From NCBI GenBank assembly GCA_037129895.1, contig JBAXUB010000002.1, forward strand, positions 463 through 64,462: DNA of 64,000 bases. Direction: 5' to 3'. This document shows positions 28,083 to 37,953 of this stretch, in pieces. Numbering within the stretch: position 1 is the first letter of the stretch; each line of letters begins with the position of its first letter. Made by a program: the position numbers and the translations under genes. The stretch comes from Candidatus Tayloriibacteriota bacterium (lineage in GTDB: Bacteria; Patescibacteriota; Minisyncoccia; Phycocordibacterales; PALSA-1337). The notes under the pieces were generated by a model that searched no databases, was not told where the DNA came from, and was given only the letters and a program-made list of their open reading frames with translations.

Positions 28083-30008
28083 CTACTTCCTACCAGCCCT
28101 AAAAGCGTTCAAAATCGGGAAAAAGTCAGTCAAGAAATTATATGTAGCAGCACCAGCTGGACCCAGGTGACCGAACCCTGGAATACCGATGACGACTAGT
28201 AGTAAGCCAACTGAATTTGTCACTGCCCAGATCCAGAAATTCCCCCTCATCACACTTCGCACCTTTCTAGAGATCCGGATGATCTCTGGCACGCGGTTCA
28301 AGTTATCTTTCATTATTGTAATATCAGCCGCCTCGATAGCAGCATCAGACCCGATACCGCCCATCGCTATAGAAACATCGGCCAAGGCTAGTGGTGCTGC
28401 ATCATTAACACCATCGCCAATGTACCCTACGACGCCCTTCTGCTTAGTAGCTTTCGGACCATGCTCCTTTTCAAAATTTCTTATAAATTCGACTTTACTC
28501 TCTGGTGTCATATTGGCATGGAAATGACGAATATTCAGGCTATGTGCTATGGCCGATGCGGCACGTTCATTGTCGCCAGTTAGCATATGCCACTCATTGA
28601 TTCCCAATTGCCTAGTTTCTCTGATTATTTCTGATATATTCGGACGCAATTCATCAATATATGACAATAAACCGACAACTTCCTCGTTTACACTGAGTAA
28701 TACTATTCCGCGGCCAACATTCTTTTCCGCTTCGATATCATTTTTCAAATCAACATTGATCTGATGACTCTGTCTCTCAGTGTATGAGACACGACCCATG
28801 AACATCATTTCTCCATTATGGACGAATGTAACTCCCTCACCAGGAATCTCCCCGAATTCATCAGGCACATGAGGCTTGATATTGTGCTCCTTTGCATACG
28901 CAATGATAGCCTTCGACACAGCATGTTTGGACTCAGAAGCACCAGAAGCAAAACGCTTGCATACGTCGTCGAATGACAATTTTCCATAATTCTTTATAGT
29001 AGCGACTTTCGGTCTACCTTTGGTCAATGTTCCAGTCTTGTCAGTCAAGATGTAATTCATTCTAGATAATTGTTCGAGTGCTCCAGAACCCTTGATGAGA
29101 ACTCCCCTACGTGCAGCATAGGCAATAGCAGCCGTGTATGTAAGTGGCACAGCGACTGCGATATCATCTGCACAAACCACCAACAATAGGGCCAATATGA
29201 TCTTTGGATCAATACCGAACCAATATAGTGCAACAGACGAGACAAATACTACTAATATATACCTCTCAGAAAATCGATCTGCGGCCATTTCTGCCTCATT
29301 CTTCTCACGACTCGACTCCTCGACCAATTTGATAATTTTCGCCAATGTTGTATCAGCACCGATCTTTTCCGTTTTTACTATGATAGACCCAGACTCATTG
29401 ATAGTAGATGTGAATACCTTGTCACCTTCCCTTTTTGGCACCAATTCACTCTCACCGGTCAATGACGATTCGTTAATATCCGCCTGGCCCGAAATGATAA
29501 CGCCGTCAACTGGTACATTTTCGCCAGATTCAACGATGACGATATCTCCGCTTCTTATCTCACTTATGTGAACATCCTTGATATTATCACCAACCTTCGT
29601 CCTCACCCATTCAACGTGATATTTCATCAAACCTTTGATCGTACGTTCCATTCGCGCATCTGTGATATGTTCGAATACCCGGGCGAATGTGAGCATAAGT
29701 GTGATGAACGCTGCCGATGTCCATTCATGCAATACGAGTGAAAATACGAGAGCAATAGTAGCGAGTAAGTCGATCGTGATATGTCTCTTCACAATAGCCC
29801 TGACTGCACTGATCCCAACCGGGATGAGGCCTACCATCGTTAATCCCGCCAGAATAATCCCGACTACGTATATGAGGTGCGAAGATGTAAATATATATTT
29901 CAGAGCAAATTCGGAAATGAGGAAGAACACGATACTAGCTATGAGTATTAGGTCGAATATGAGCAAGAAGCTCTTCTTTGAATCAGGGAGAAACACTGGC
30001 AATTTCAT
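28083..30008 (-). CDS. P1B-type heavy-metal translocating ATPase with atypical CADD motif
   Basis: LTGES, DKTGTLT, MLTGD and GDGVND motifs; TM motif VVCADDIAVAVP. Confidence 0.93.
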   Translation of the reverse strand: MKLPVFLPDSKKSFLLIFDLILIASIVFFLISEFALKYIFTSSHLIYVVGIILAGLTMVGLIPVGISAVRAIVKRHITIDLLATIALVFSLVLHEWTSAAFITLMLTFARVFEHITDARMERTIKGLMKYHVEWVRTKVGDNIKDVHISEIRSGDIVIVESGENVPVDGVIISGQADINESSLTGESELVPKREGDKVFTSTINESGSIIVKTEKIGADTTLAKIIKLVEESSREKNEAEMAADRFSERYILVVFVSSVALYWFGIDPKIILALLLVVCADDIAVAVPLTYTAAIAYAARRGVLIKGSGALEQLSRMNYILTDKTGTLTKGRPKVATIKNYGKLSFDDVCKRFASGASESKHAVSKAIIAYAKEHNIKPHVPDEFGEIPGEGVTFVHNGEMMFMGRVSYTERQSHQINVDLKNDIEAEKNVGRGIVLLSVNEEVVGLLSYIDELRPNISEIIRETRQLGINEWHMLTGDNERAASAIAHSLNIRHFHANMTPESKVEFIRNFEKEHGPKATKQKGVVGYIGDGVNDAAPLALADVSIAMGGIGSDAAIEAADITIMKDNLNRVPEIIRISRKVRSVMRGNFWIWAVTNSVGLLLVVIGIPGFGHLGPAGAATYNFLTDFFPILNAFRAGRK

Positions 30009-30113
30009 GAAGTAATCATAACAGATATACGGATTATTGCATTCATCATCTACATGAGGATCTATCCATATCAGCGTTAAGATTTTGATTGATTTGTTTG
30101 CTATAATTATTAC

Positions 30114-31037
30114 ATGGGTCGTCTATTCTTCTATACATTGGTGATACTCACGCTCGGTGGCATCATCTGGTTCAATCAAGATAGTCTGATACAAGTACTG
30201 GGTCTCAACCCCGCACCATGTTCTAGACCGATATTGTATTCCATTGGAGATTTCGATAGCAATTTCAATATGAGTGAAGCCAAATTCATAGCTGATATAG
30301 CAAATTCCTCCAACGTCTGGAATGATGCTCTAGGTAAAACCCTTCTCAAGTATGACCCAAAAGGATCACTAAAGATCAATCTTATATACGATTATAGACA
30401 GCAGGCAACGACCAAACAAGCAGAGATCAGTTCAGTTATTTCTTCAAAGAAGGCGTCATATGATGCAATGAAGCAAAAGTATGAATCTCTATCTGCTCAA
30501 TATAGTATAGACAAATCAGCTCTACAGAAAAGTATTGACAGCTACAATCAATCGATGGCAGCCTACAATCAGAGTATGCAGAATTCGAGTGTGTACCGAA
30601 GTTCATCTGGTATGGAGGTCGATCAGTTGCGATCAACTAGATCTGAACTTGAATCCAGAGCACTTATAATCGAACAGAATCGAGCAAAATTCAACGCATT
30701 GGTCGAGACCTTGAACAACGCTGCAACGCAATTGAATAATCTGGCAAAAAGTCTGAATATTGATGTCACGACTTATAACAATGTGGGCCGATTGTCTGGA
30801 GAAGTATTCAATGAAGGAGAATACATCGAGGACGTCAGTGGCAAACGCATCAATATCTATGAATTTAAGAACGAGAGCAAATTGATACGCGTTTTGGAAC
30901 ACGAACTGGGACATGCTATAGGAATACTGCATGTCGATGACCCAGAAGCTATCATGTACTATATGAATGAGGGCTCAAGTAATACTCTTACTGAAAATGA
31001 CATATCTGAGCTCAAGAATGTCTGTGGTATAAGATAG
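30114..31037 (+). CDS. Matrixin (M10-like) zinc metalloprotease with coiled coil
   Basis: HELGHAIGILH plus Met-turn AIMY; N-terminal TM. Confidence 0.9.
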   Translation: MGRLFFYTLVILTLGGIIWFNQDSLIQVLGLNPAPCSRPILYSIGDFDSNFNMSEAKFIADIANSSNVWNDALGKTLLKYDPKGSLKINLIYDYRQQATTKQAEISSVISSKKASYDAMKQKYESLSAQYSIDKSALQKSIDSYNQSMAAYNQSMQNSSVYRSSSGMEVDQLRSTRSELESRALIIEQNRAKFNALVETLNNAATQLNNLAKSLNIDVTTYNNVGRLSGEVFNEGEYIEDVSGKRINIYEFKNESKLIRVLEHELGHAIGILHVDDPEAIMYYMNEGSSNTLTENDISELKNVCGIR

Positions 31038-31074
31038 CCCCTTATCAAAGAGGCCATAGTATGGTATAGTGTTA

Positions 31075-31508
31075 CACAGGAATGTTCTTCGCCAATTTCT
31101 CACAGTTATGTGCCGAAATGAAATAATGGAAGATATTTGAAAATACGTAAGTTTATGTACAAAACAAGTGAACACACCTGGCGTCAAAAGAGATACGCCA
31201 GGATCAGAGTCAGAATGTTTGGCTACGAAACTATTGACGGAAATACCGGCAATGGTATCGGCGAATATATGTCTATTGATAATTCGAGGATTACGACTGG
31301 CTTCATCAATGATGCTCTATCACTACCCTCGGCAAGCAGTTATATCAGTACGCTTCATAATAACTAACACGCTCACAGTTGTGAGAGAATGAATAAATGG
31401 CCTGAGTTATCACTCAGGGTTGAGAACACATAACTGCAATATCAAAAAACAGTAATGAACTCAAAAGTTACCAGAAACCGCTAGATTCGAAAGATATAGC
31501 GGTTTTCT
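31075..31508 (+). ncRNA. Candidate structured ncRNA (or small-ORF transcript)
   Basis: TGGTATAGT extended -10 at ~31062, nested 5'/3' complementarity, two strong hairpins, and a terminator at 31474-31508. Confidence 0.35.
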
Positions 31509-31603
31509 CTTATCCACTTTTTGTATTGACACAAAATATTGAATGTCAGATAATTATCTGGACGGTTCTTTACTAACACCACTAACGAGAGAAAGGTATT
31601 GAA

Positions 31604-31852
31604 GTGCGTAACACAATCATACAGTTCGACATGGGCCTTTTCATGCAGAGACAGTATGTCGAAGCATTGACTTGCCCTGTGAATCGGCATTGCACCCGAG
31701 AGGAGCGCAATTGCGACGACTGGGAACTATTCAAGAATCCCGGTTGGCTTCTCAAACACTTTATCGAAAACGGTGGCGCAGTAGAATTCGCTAAACGTCG
31801 AGCTGAGTTCTGCCGCGAAATCGAGGTTTTCGAAATCGAGTTTGAAATCTAG
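31604..31852 (+). CDS. Hypothetical protein
   Basis: GTG start after GAAAGG; own promoter (TTGACA at 31526) and terminator (31874-31914). Confidence 0.7.
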   Translation: MRNTIIQFDMGLFMQRQYVEALTCPVNRHCTREERNCDDWELFKNPGWLLKHFIENGGAVEFAKRRAEFCREIEVFEIEFEI

Positions 31853-31976
31853 GTGATGCTACGCATCAAACACGGCCCCCACACACAGATAATCGGTCAA
31901 AATGGGGGCCTTTTCGTGCTACAATAGGATCATTAGTAAAACTTTTATTAATAAATCTCATTAAAATATTATATAT

Positions 31977-32372
31977 ATGAAAGGATACATAACAAATATT
32001 GAGAAGGCTTCTTTAGAAAATGAAAACTTTAGAAAAGTCCTATACACTGACAAAAATAGTCAACTCGTACTCATGTCTCTACTGTCTGGCGAAGATATTG
32101 GTGAAGAGGTTCATGATGTCGACCAATTCCTGCGTGTAGAAAAAGGTAGCGGCAAAGCGATATTGAATGACGTTCCTCAAATGATTGAAGATGGTAGTGT
32201 CATCGTTGTGCCAGCTGGAACAAAACACAATATCATTAACGACGCGACCGGTTCGATGAAGTTATATACTTTGTACATGCCACCACATCACAGGGATGGT
32301 GTTATTCATGCTACAAAAGCTGAGGGCGAAGCTGACAAGACTGACGAGTTCGATGGAAAGACTACAGAATAG
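31977..32372 (+). CDS. Cupin domain protein
   Basis: QLVLMSL...EIGEEVH-type motif (here DIGEEVH), DQF, VPAGTKHN, LYTLY.PPHH. Confidence 0.93.
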   Translation: MKGYITNIEKASLENENFRKVLYTDKNSQLVLMSLLSGEDIGEEVHDVDQFLRVEKGSGKAILNDVPQMIEDGSVIVVPAGTKHNIINDATGSMKLYTLYMPPHHRDGVIHATKAEGEADKTDEFDGKTTE

Positions 32373-32421
32373 CTGAGATTGACTCTTGAACTATCACTGA
32401 ACGATCAGACTTTTCATATAA

Positions 32422-33756
32422 TCAAACCTGTCCCAAAAACGGTATACCAATTCTTTTGCGTTTTGTCTCACCTTTCAAGAGTTTTGACCTTCTCTCTGAC
32501 TCCTCACCACGAGAACCACGATGCGCCCCGTCATTCATGGCTCTGAAGCTAGACCCGAGAAAAACACTATGTTTCCCATATCTTTGGTCGATATGATCAA
32601 CTGCTTCGTGTATCTTTTGTACATGATCTAGTATCTCTGAATGTCCGAACATGTCTATTGTAGAGATATTCTCATGCGAAAGTTCCATCAACGTCACTCC
32701 TGTCGCACGGTATTGGATACCAGTACGATATATAGTATTCCAAACTTCTCTTATGGTTTCGATGATCTTCTCTGGTATACAGACAGTCTGTGATAACTTG
32801 AGCTCTAGTGCATGATATCGAAAATCCTGAGTCTTTAGAAAGAATGTAAAACGCTTTGTATATAGATGATGGCGGCGAAGTTTGATGCATGCATTTTCTA
32901 CATTTTTAGAAAGCTGAGAGAATATGAAACTCTTGTCCATTGACGGTGGTGTGAACGTCTTTGTCTTACTGATAGATGCATAATCATGTTTCTCGCCGAG
33001 AACCAGAGGATATACGAACTTGCCATTCAATTCTGCATGAATCTCCTGAAATGGTTTTGATAGATGGAGTTTAACCCATTCAGAAGTTTTCGTAGCAAAG
33101 TCGAGGCTCGTGACTATGCCCTGCTTATGGAGATAACTCTCCGTGTTTGGACCGATACCCCAGATCTTACCTACAGGCCATTTCGATAGATATAGGTGGA
33201 GATTATATCCAGGAATGATAGTGAGCCCTGATGGCTTCTTCCACTTCGAACCGATCTTCGCTGTAACTTTATTGACAGAAAGACCTATAGAAAATGTCAT
33301 GCCGAGTTCAGTATCCAAGTCGTGTTTTATCTTCATTGCCATCTCCTCATAGGACATATTGTTAGGTCTCCGCATACCAGTTAGATCAGCGAAGCATTCA
33401 TCGATACTGTATTCCTCTATATCATTGGTATACCTGCGGACAATCTCATACATCCGTTGTGAATATAGACTGTAAGTTTCATAATCTGATGGTAATATGA
33501 TGACATCTGGACAGAGCTTCCGAATATCTGAAAGTCGCATGGCTCGAGTGACACCACGCGCCTTTGCTTCATATGACATCGATGAAGCTATACCACGCTC
33601 TCTACCCGTAACTACTGGTTTACCTCGTAATGCTGGATTCTTTGCCACTTCGCATGATGCGAAAAATGAATCACCATCTACATGGAGTATCGCGCGCGGA
33701 AAAGAGTGGTGAGTGAGGATTTGCAAGGGAGAATTAGGAATTAGGAATAGGAGCAA
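32422..33756 (-). CDS. dinB: Y-family DNA polymerase IV (DinB/UmuC-like)
   Basis: ILHVDGDSFFASCE, SYEAKARGV, YSIDECF, KKPSG and WGIG motifs. Start codon uncertain. Confidence 0.95.
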   Translation of the reverse strand: MLLFLIPNSPLQILTHHSFPRAILHVDGDSFFASCEVAKNPALRGKPVVTGRERGIASSMSYEAKARGVTRAMRLSDIRKLCPDVIILPSDYETYSLYSQRMYEIVRRYTNDIEEYSIDECFADLTGMRRPNNMSYEEMAMKIKHDLDTELGMTFSIGLSVNKVTAKIGSKWKKPSGLTIIPGYNLHLYLSKWPVGKIWGIGPNTESYLHKQGIVTSLDFATKTSEWVKLHLSKPFQEIHAELNGKFVYPLVLGEKHDYASISKTKTFTPPSMDKSFIFSQLSKNVENACIKLRRHHLYTKRFTFFLKTQDFRYHALELKLSQTVCIPEKIIETIREVWNTIYRTGIQYRATGVTLMELSHENISTIDMFGHSEILDHVQKIHEAVDHIDQRYGKHSVFLGSSFRAMNDGAHRGSRGEESERRSKLLKGETKRKRIGIPFLGQV

Positions 33757-33883
33757 GAAAGAGGACGACTCATAGAGAAAGTATCAATGCGAATAAAACA
33801 CGCACACCTAAGATGTCATTAAAATTAGCATTTCCCCGCAACCAGCCGATTTGATTTACGACTATTATGATCAAACCTGGCAC

Positions 33884-34450
33884 TTATAAATACTTCCTGA
33901 TAACACCCTTCACGACTGCTGCTATCCTCAGATCATTCTCTGGATATATCGGACCAAAATTCTTGTTAGCCGGTTCTAACCAGACCTTACCATCAGTCTT
34001 TCTGTAGTATTTCATCGTCCAACCACCATCGACTTCGGCAATGACAATATTTCCAATCTTTGGCTCCTTGCCTCTCTCGACTATGACCAGATCACCCTCT
34101 TGTATACCCGCATCTATCATCGAGTCACCCTTTACCTCCAGCATGTATGTGGCTTCTTTACGTTCGATCATATAATCATCTATACTCATAGTATCTACCA
34201 ACTCCTCTTCTGCCGCAGTTGGAAAACCAGCTTCTACCAAACCTAGAACTGGAATCTCACCAAATAGTTTCTTCGGTACGAGCCTACCACTAGAATCCTT
34301 GTCTAACATGCCTTCGACTACTAGTTTATTGACTAGTTTGTAGACTGCGTTTTTCGACTTGAAACCTAGTAGCTTCATGATCTCTGCATAGCTAGGCATG
34401 CGTTTGGTGTCTCTGTAAAACTTTATTATTTTGTCTTTGTAATTATTCAT
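33884..34450 (-). CDS. lexA: LexA-family repressor
   Basis: N-terminal wHTH (PSYAEI...S), VEAGFP cleavage site, GDSM catalytic Ser and TMK catalytic Lys. Confidence 0.93.
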   Translation of the reverse strand: MNNYKDKIIKFYRDTKRMPSYAEIMKLLGFKSKNAVYKLVNKLVVEGMLDKDSSGRLVPKKLFGEIPVLGLVEAGFPTAAEEELVDTMSIDDYMIERKEATYMLEVKGDSMIDAGIQEGDLVIVERGKEPKIGNIVIAEVDGGWTMKYYRKTDGKVWLEPANKNFGPIYPENDLRIAAVVKGVIRKYL

Positions 34451-34469
34451 ATTATGCGAATCGGGGACT

Positions 34470-34715
34470 TTAAAACATAAACGTACTAACTAAACTGCTG
34501 AAGAAACTGACTTTACTAGGAGCGAGTCGAGCAAGTTGTGACCTCAAAGTCTTGTGTCGTAATGCCTGTCGGGCATAAGGAATACCTTTGATGATACATA
34601 GATCGATCTCGCGGTTGAGTCTACCTATCTCACTACGAATTGTTCTGATGGTTTGATACTTGCTCATGGATAAATTTATTAATTGATAATATTTTTCTCG
34701 CAACTCCTGCAACAT
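34470..34715 (-). CDS. Small hypothetical protein, first gene of the lexA operon
   Basis: Basic helical ORF between the SOS promoter and lexA; start may be the internal ATG (MSKYQ). Confidence 0.65.
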   Translation of the reverse strand: MLQELREKYYQLINLSMSKYQTIRTIRSEIGRLNREIDLCIIKGIPYARQALRHKTLRSQLARLAPSKVSFFSSLVSTFMF

Positions 34716-34753
34716 TAGCTCAATGCGTTTTCCTGCTTCTTTGTTGTATATAC

Positions 34754-34783
34754 ATTATAGGTGAACGGGTGTTCACCTGTCAA
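34754..34783 (-). promoter_or_regulatory. SOS promoter with LexA box AGGTGAAC-GGGT-GTTCACCT
   Basis: Palindrome at 34759-34778 (GAAC-N4-GTTC) fills the spacer between TTGACA (34778-34783) and TATAAT (34754-34759). Confidence 0.85.
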
Positions 34784-34971
34784 AGAATACCTGTGGATAA
34801 CTAAATATGTAACGCATCGTGGGCTATTTTCCCGTAGTGCGCCGAGAATGGGTAGCCAGCGATTAGCGCTCGCAGGCGACGGAGGGAAATTACCTCACTA
34901 TATGCTATCTATTAATAACCAAAATATAATTTACTATAGTGACACGACCCTTTCCAAAACATTCATTTTTG

Positions 34972-35073
34972 AAATCATGCCATAGCATGATTTTAGAAAA
35001 TTTGTCATTTTTAATATCATATTATAGCGGTAAAATTGAATCCAAATCTACAAATCATGCCACGGCATGATTT
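34972..35073. repeat. Pair of REP-like palindromes AAATCATGC-N4-GCATGATTT
   Basis: Copies at 34972-34993 and 35052-35073. Confidence 0.8.
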
Positions 35074-35146
35074 AAAAATGGGCGGGTCTTAGGTCAGATA
35101 ACTCCTCACAACTACAGAAAAATGCGGAGCCAAAATATCAAAGAAG

Positions 35147-35821
35147 TCAAAACAAATCCGTAAACACCTCTGCATCCTTCACCCTCTTCAGCACCTGCGC
35201 TGGCTGTATATCATCAGTCAGATCCGCCTTCAGATTTTCTAGCGCTGCCCTTTTGGATTCACCATATACAAATGCATACGCGACATCGAGTTTCTCGATA
35301 GTCGCCAACGTAACAGTAAGTCTCTTGAAATTCCCAGCATCATATGAAACAACTGTACCCGGACTCGATACACCAACTGTTCTAGGTAGAACTCCAGCAA
35401 TATGTCCATCAGTTCCTATACCAAACTGTCCGATATGTACATCATTGGCACTCCATACATCTCTCATACTCATACCATATAGTTTTGTTGTCTCATCAAA
35501 TGATTTCCCGACCAAAACAGGTGACAAAGTGACCGCTTCAAAATCAAAACCCTTATCTTTGAGTCCGCGCCAATTGGCATCTGGATGATTGATAGACCCA
35601 TAACGCTCATCAGTAAGAGAAACTGTAACATTCCTCAATGTATATCGCTTCATCTCTTTATCTAGTTCACTTTTCATAATATTCAATACTTCTACTGATA
35701 TCGAAATATTCGATCCACCGCATACGAGCCACAAAACTTTCTTACCATCATTAATATATGACAGAATCTTATCTGCCAAACGCTTCGCACCTTCACCGCT
35801 ATTTATTTGATTGAATTTCAT
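35147..35821 (-). CDS. pgl: 6-phosphogluconolactonase-like protein
   Basis: GGS, TDERY and GIGTDGHIAG motifs; adjacent to gnd. Confidence 0.85.
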   Translation of the reverse strand: MKFNQINSGEGAKRLADKILSYINDGKKVLWLVCGGSNISISVEVLNIMKSELDKEMKRYTLRNVTVSLTDERYGSINHPDANWRGLKDKGFDFEAVTLSPVLVGKSFDETTKLYGMSMRDVWSANDVHIGQFGIGTDGHIAGVLPRTVGVSSPGTVVSYDAGNFKRLTVTLATIEKLDVAYAFVYGESKRAALENLKADLTDDIQPAQVLKRVKDAEVFTDLF

Positions 35822-35823
35822 AG

Positions 35824-36762
35824 TTATTTCTTATGTACCGCATGCCCCCCAAACTGTTTTCTCATTAGTGCCACTATCTTATTGGAATATTTCTTCTGAT
35901 TTTTTGGATCTACAGATTCATTCCTCACTTTCAAAGCGTCTTCAATAACTCTTACGTCAACGCCCAACTCCTTACCAGTCTTCACGGTCCATTCGCCTTC
36001 ACCATTGGAATCAATCTTCCCTGAAGTATTGGCAATATCCTCAGTTTCGAATATATTCCTACATAAGTCTATGAGCCATGACCTTACCACAGATCCGTTC
36101 TGATAGACACGGGTAACATCGGCGAGATTCAGTTTGAACTTACTTGCATGCATGACCGCATAACCTTCAGCGATCGCTTCCATCATGCCGTACTCTATAC
36201 CATTATGTACCATCTTTACGAAATGCCCAGCTCCAGAACTGCCACAATATGCATAATTATCGCCCGCCGACAGAGCTCGTATATATGGCTCTATAGTCGA
36301 CCACTTGTCCTTCGGTCCACCAACCATCAATGCAAAGCCATTCTTTTCACCCCAAACTCCGCCACTAGTTCCACAGTCAAAATAGTGAATACCTTTCCTC
36401 TTCATCTTGGCGGCACGTCCAATAGTCAGTTTATAGAAAGAATTACCACCATCTATAACGATGTCCCCTTTCTTCAAATATTTTCCAAGTCCAGACTTAC
36501 CGAATAGAAACTCATCAACTATCGCATGTGGCAACATTATCCAAAATATTCTCTGCTTGTCATTCGCTGACCAACCGATAACTTCACTCAAATCACTAGA
36601 CGCCTGCAATTTAGTCTTCTTTGTTATTTCTTCAACAGGTCCTTCTGATCTATTCCAAGCTCTCACATCGAAACTCTCGGCATGCAATCTTCGAATGATC
36701 TGGCCCCCCATGCGACCCAATCCAAAGATTGTGATCGGTGTATTTGATTTCTTCATATTCAA
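35824..36762 (-). CDS. gnd: 6-phosphogluconate dehydrogenase (decarboxylating, short form)
   Basis: GLGRMG, IDGGNS, DCGTSGG and GAGHFVKMVHNGIEYG motifs. Confidence 0.95.
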   Translation of the reverse strand: MNMKKSNTPITIFGLGRMGGQIIRRLHAESFDVRAWNRSEGPVEEITKKTKLQASSDLSEVIGWSANDKQRIFWIMLPHAIVDEFLFGKSGLGKYLKKGDIVIDGGNSFYKLTIGRAAKMKRKGIHYFDCGTSGGVWGEKNGFALMVGGPKDKWSTIEPYIRALSAGDNYAYCGSSGAGHFVKMVHNGIEYGMMEAIAEGYAVMHASKFKLNLADVTRVYQNGSVVRSWLIDLCRNIFETEDIANTSGKIDSNGEGEWTVKTGKELGVDVRVIEDALKVRNESVDPKNQKKYSNKIVALMRKQFGGHAVHKK

Positions 36763-37952
36763 TTTGAGTTAGTATTCAGATTATTATTTATTAAATTTTG
36801 CGCGAAATCCATACTCTTCACACTGAAAAGACCCTTTATTCCCCACCACCCTGTGAACAAGACAATATTATTCAAAACAAACAATTCATTGAGTTGAATA
36901 TCCTGTCCGACATAGTATCTCTTTATACTAGAAATATCCATATTTTTGAATATATCATAATTACCATCCTGTGCTGCATTGTATAGATCATTGTCATAGA
37001 TATACAATCCAAAAGATTTACCAGGTAAAGCAAATTCTTTAGCGGTCATATCATCAGTCTTTACACGAATAGCTATTGGTTTTTTCTCACAGCCTAGATA
37101 GACGTAACCGCCATTTTCATTAACCCTTTGAAACGGCATATCATCCGTCATCGAACAACCTGGAAAATTTAATATACCGAGTGATGATAGATCACTGGCA
37201 TTAACTTTTTCGAATAGATCGGCTTCACCGCCACCGAAATACAATTCCGTCGATGAACTATATATACCAATATTGGCAGAGTGACCATTTGATATATGCC
37301 CGGCTTCACTCACGACAAAAGGAGTGCCATATATACCAACTTTGAATATCTTCGCTGGATTCGTATATGTAATACCATAGATGTATTCACCATCAGTCGT
37401 TATTGCCGGCTTTTGTCCAATATTGATAGATGTTGTACTGATCACAGTCGAAATGAAATACGTAGTTGGATCAATCCTGTATATATCCAACGATCCTCGG
37501 TCAGAAAGTGTGAAGTATATAGCACGATGTTTCTCATCATATACCATAGAGCCTATATCACCTTTTCTCGGTATAGAAATAATTCGGAATTCTTTGAGAT
37601 TGTTCGGATTGGTAAATACAAAAAGCTGATTGGTCGCAAAACTATTCCCACTACTTGCAGCCATACCGATGAATATCTTACCATCCACAATGACCGAGCC
37701 ATGGGCATACGCGAAAACTTCAGGTGATCTTTCAGAGATCTGTACTGAAGTACTAGGGACTTTTGGTGCGGCTGCTCTATATGGGACGGACTTCTTCTCT
37801 GGCATATGTGGACCATATGGAGTCGTCGAATTGATGAGCTGAACAGGTTTATGATCTGTATAAGCGACCAAAAAGATAATGATAGCTGTAATAAACAGAA
37901 AAGGTACGACTATTTCTAGGGCCTTCTTCAAAGTACCTATATTATAACGCAA
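36759..37952 (-). CDS. Membrane-anchored beta-propeller-like hypothetical protein
   Basis: N-terminal TM followed by beta-rich repeats. Confidence 0.7.
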   Translation of the reverse strand: MRYNIGTLKKALEIVVPFLFITAIIIFLVAYTDHKPVQLINSTTPYGPHMPEKKSVPYRAAAPKVPSTSVQISERSPEVFAYAHGSVIVDGKIFIGMAASSGNSFATNQLFVFTNPNNLKEFRIISIPRKGDIGSMVYDEKHRAIYFTLSDRGSLDIYRIDPTTYFISTVISTTSINIGQKPAITTDGEYIYGITYTNPAKIFKVGIYGTPFVVSEAGHISNGHSANIGIYSSSTELYFGGGEADLFEKVNASDLSSLGILNFPGCSMTDDMPFQRVNENGGYVYLGCEKKPIAIRVKTDDMTAKEFALPGKSFGLYIYDNDLYNAAQDGNYDIFKNMDISSIKRYYVGQDIQLNELFVLNNIVLFTGWWGIKGLFSVKSMDFAQNLINNNLNTNSN

Positions 37953-37953
37953 T

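Noticed and set aside
35147-36762. pgl-gnd without zwf as a novel pathway
   Set aside because: zwf may lie elsewhere in the genome; absence from a 64-kb window is not informative.
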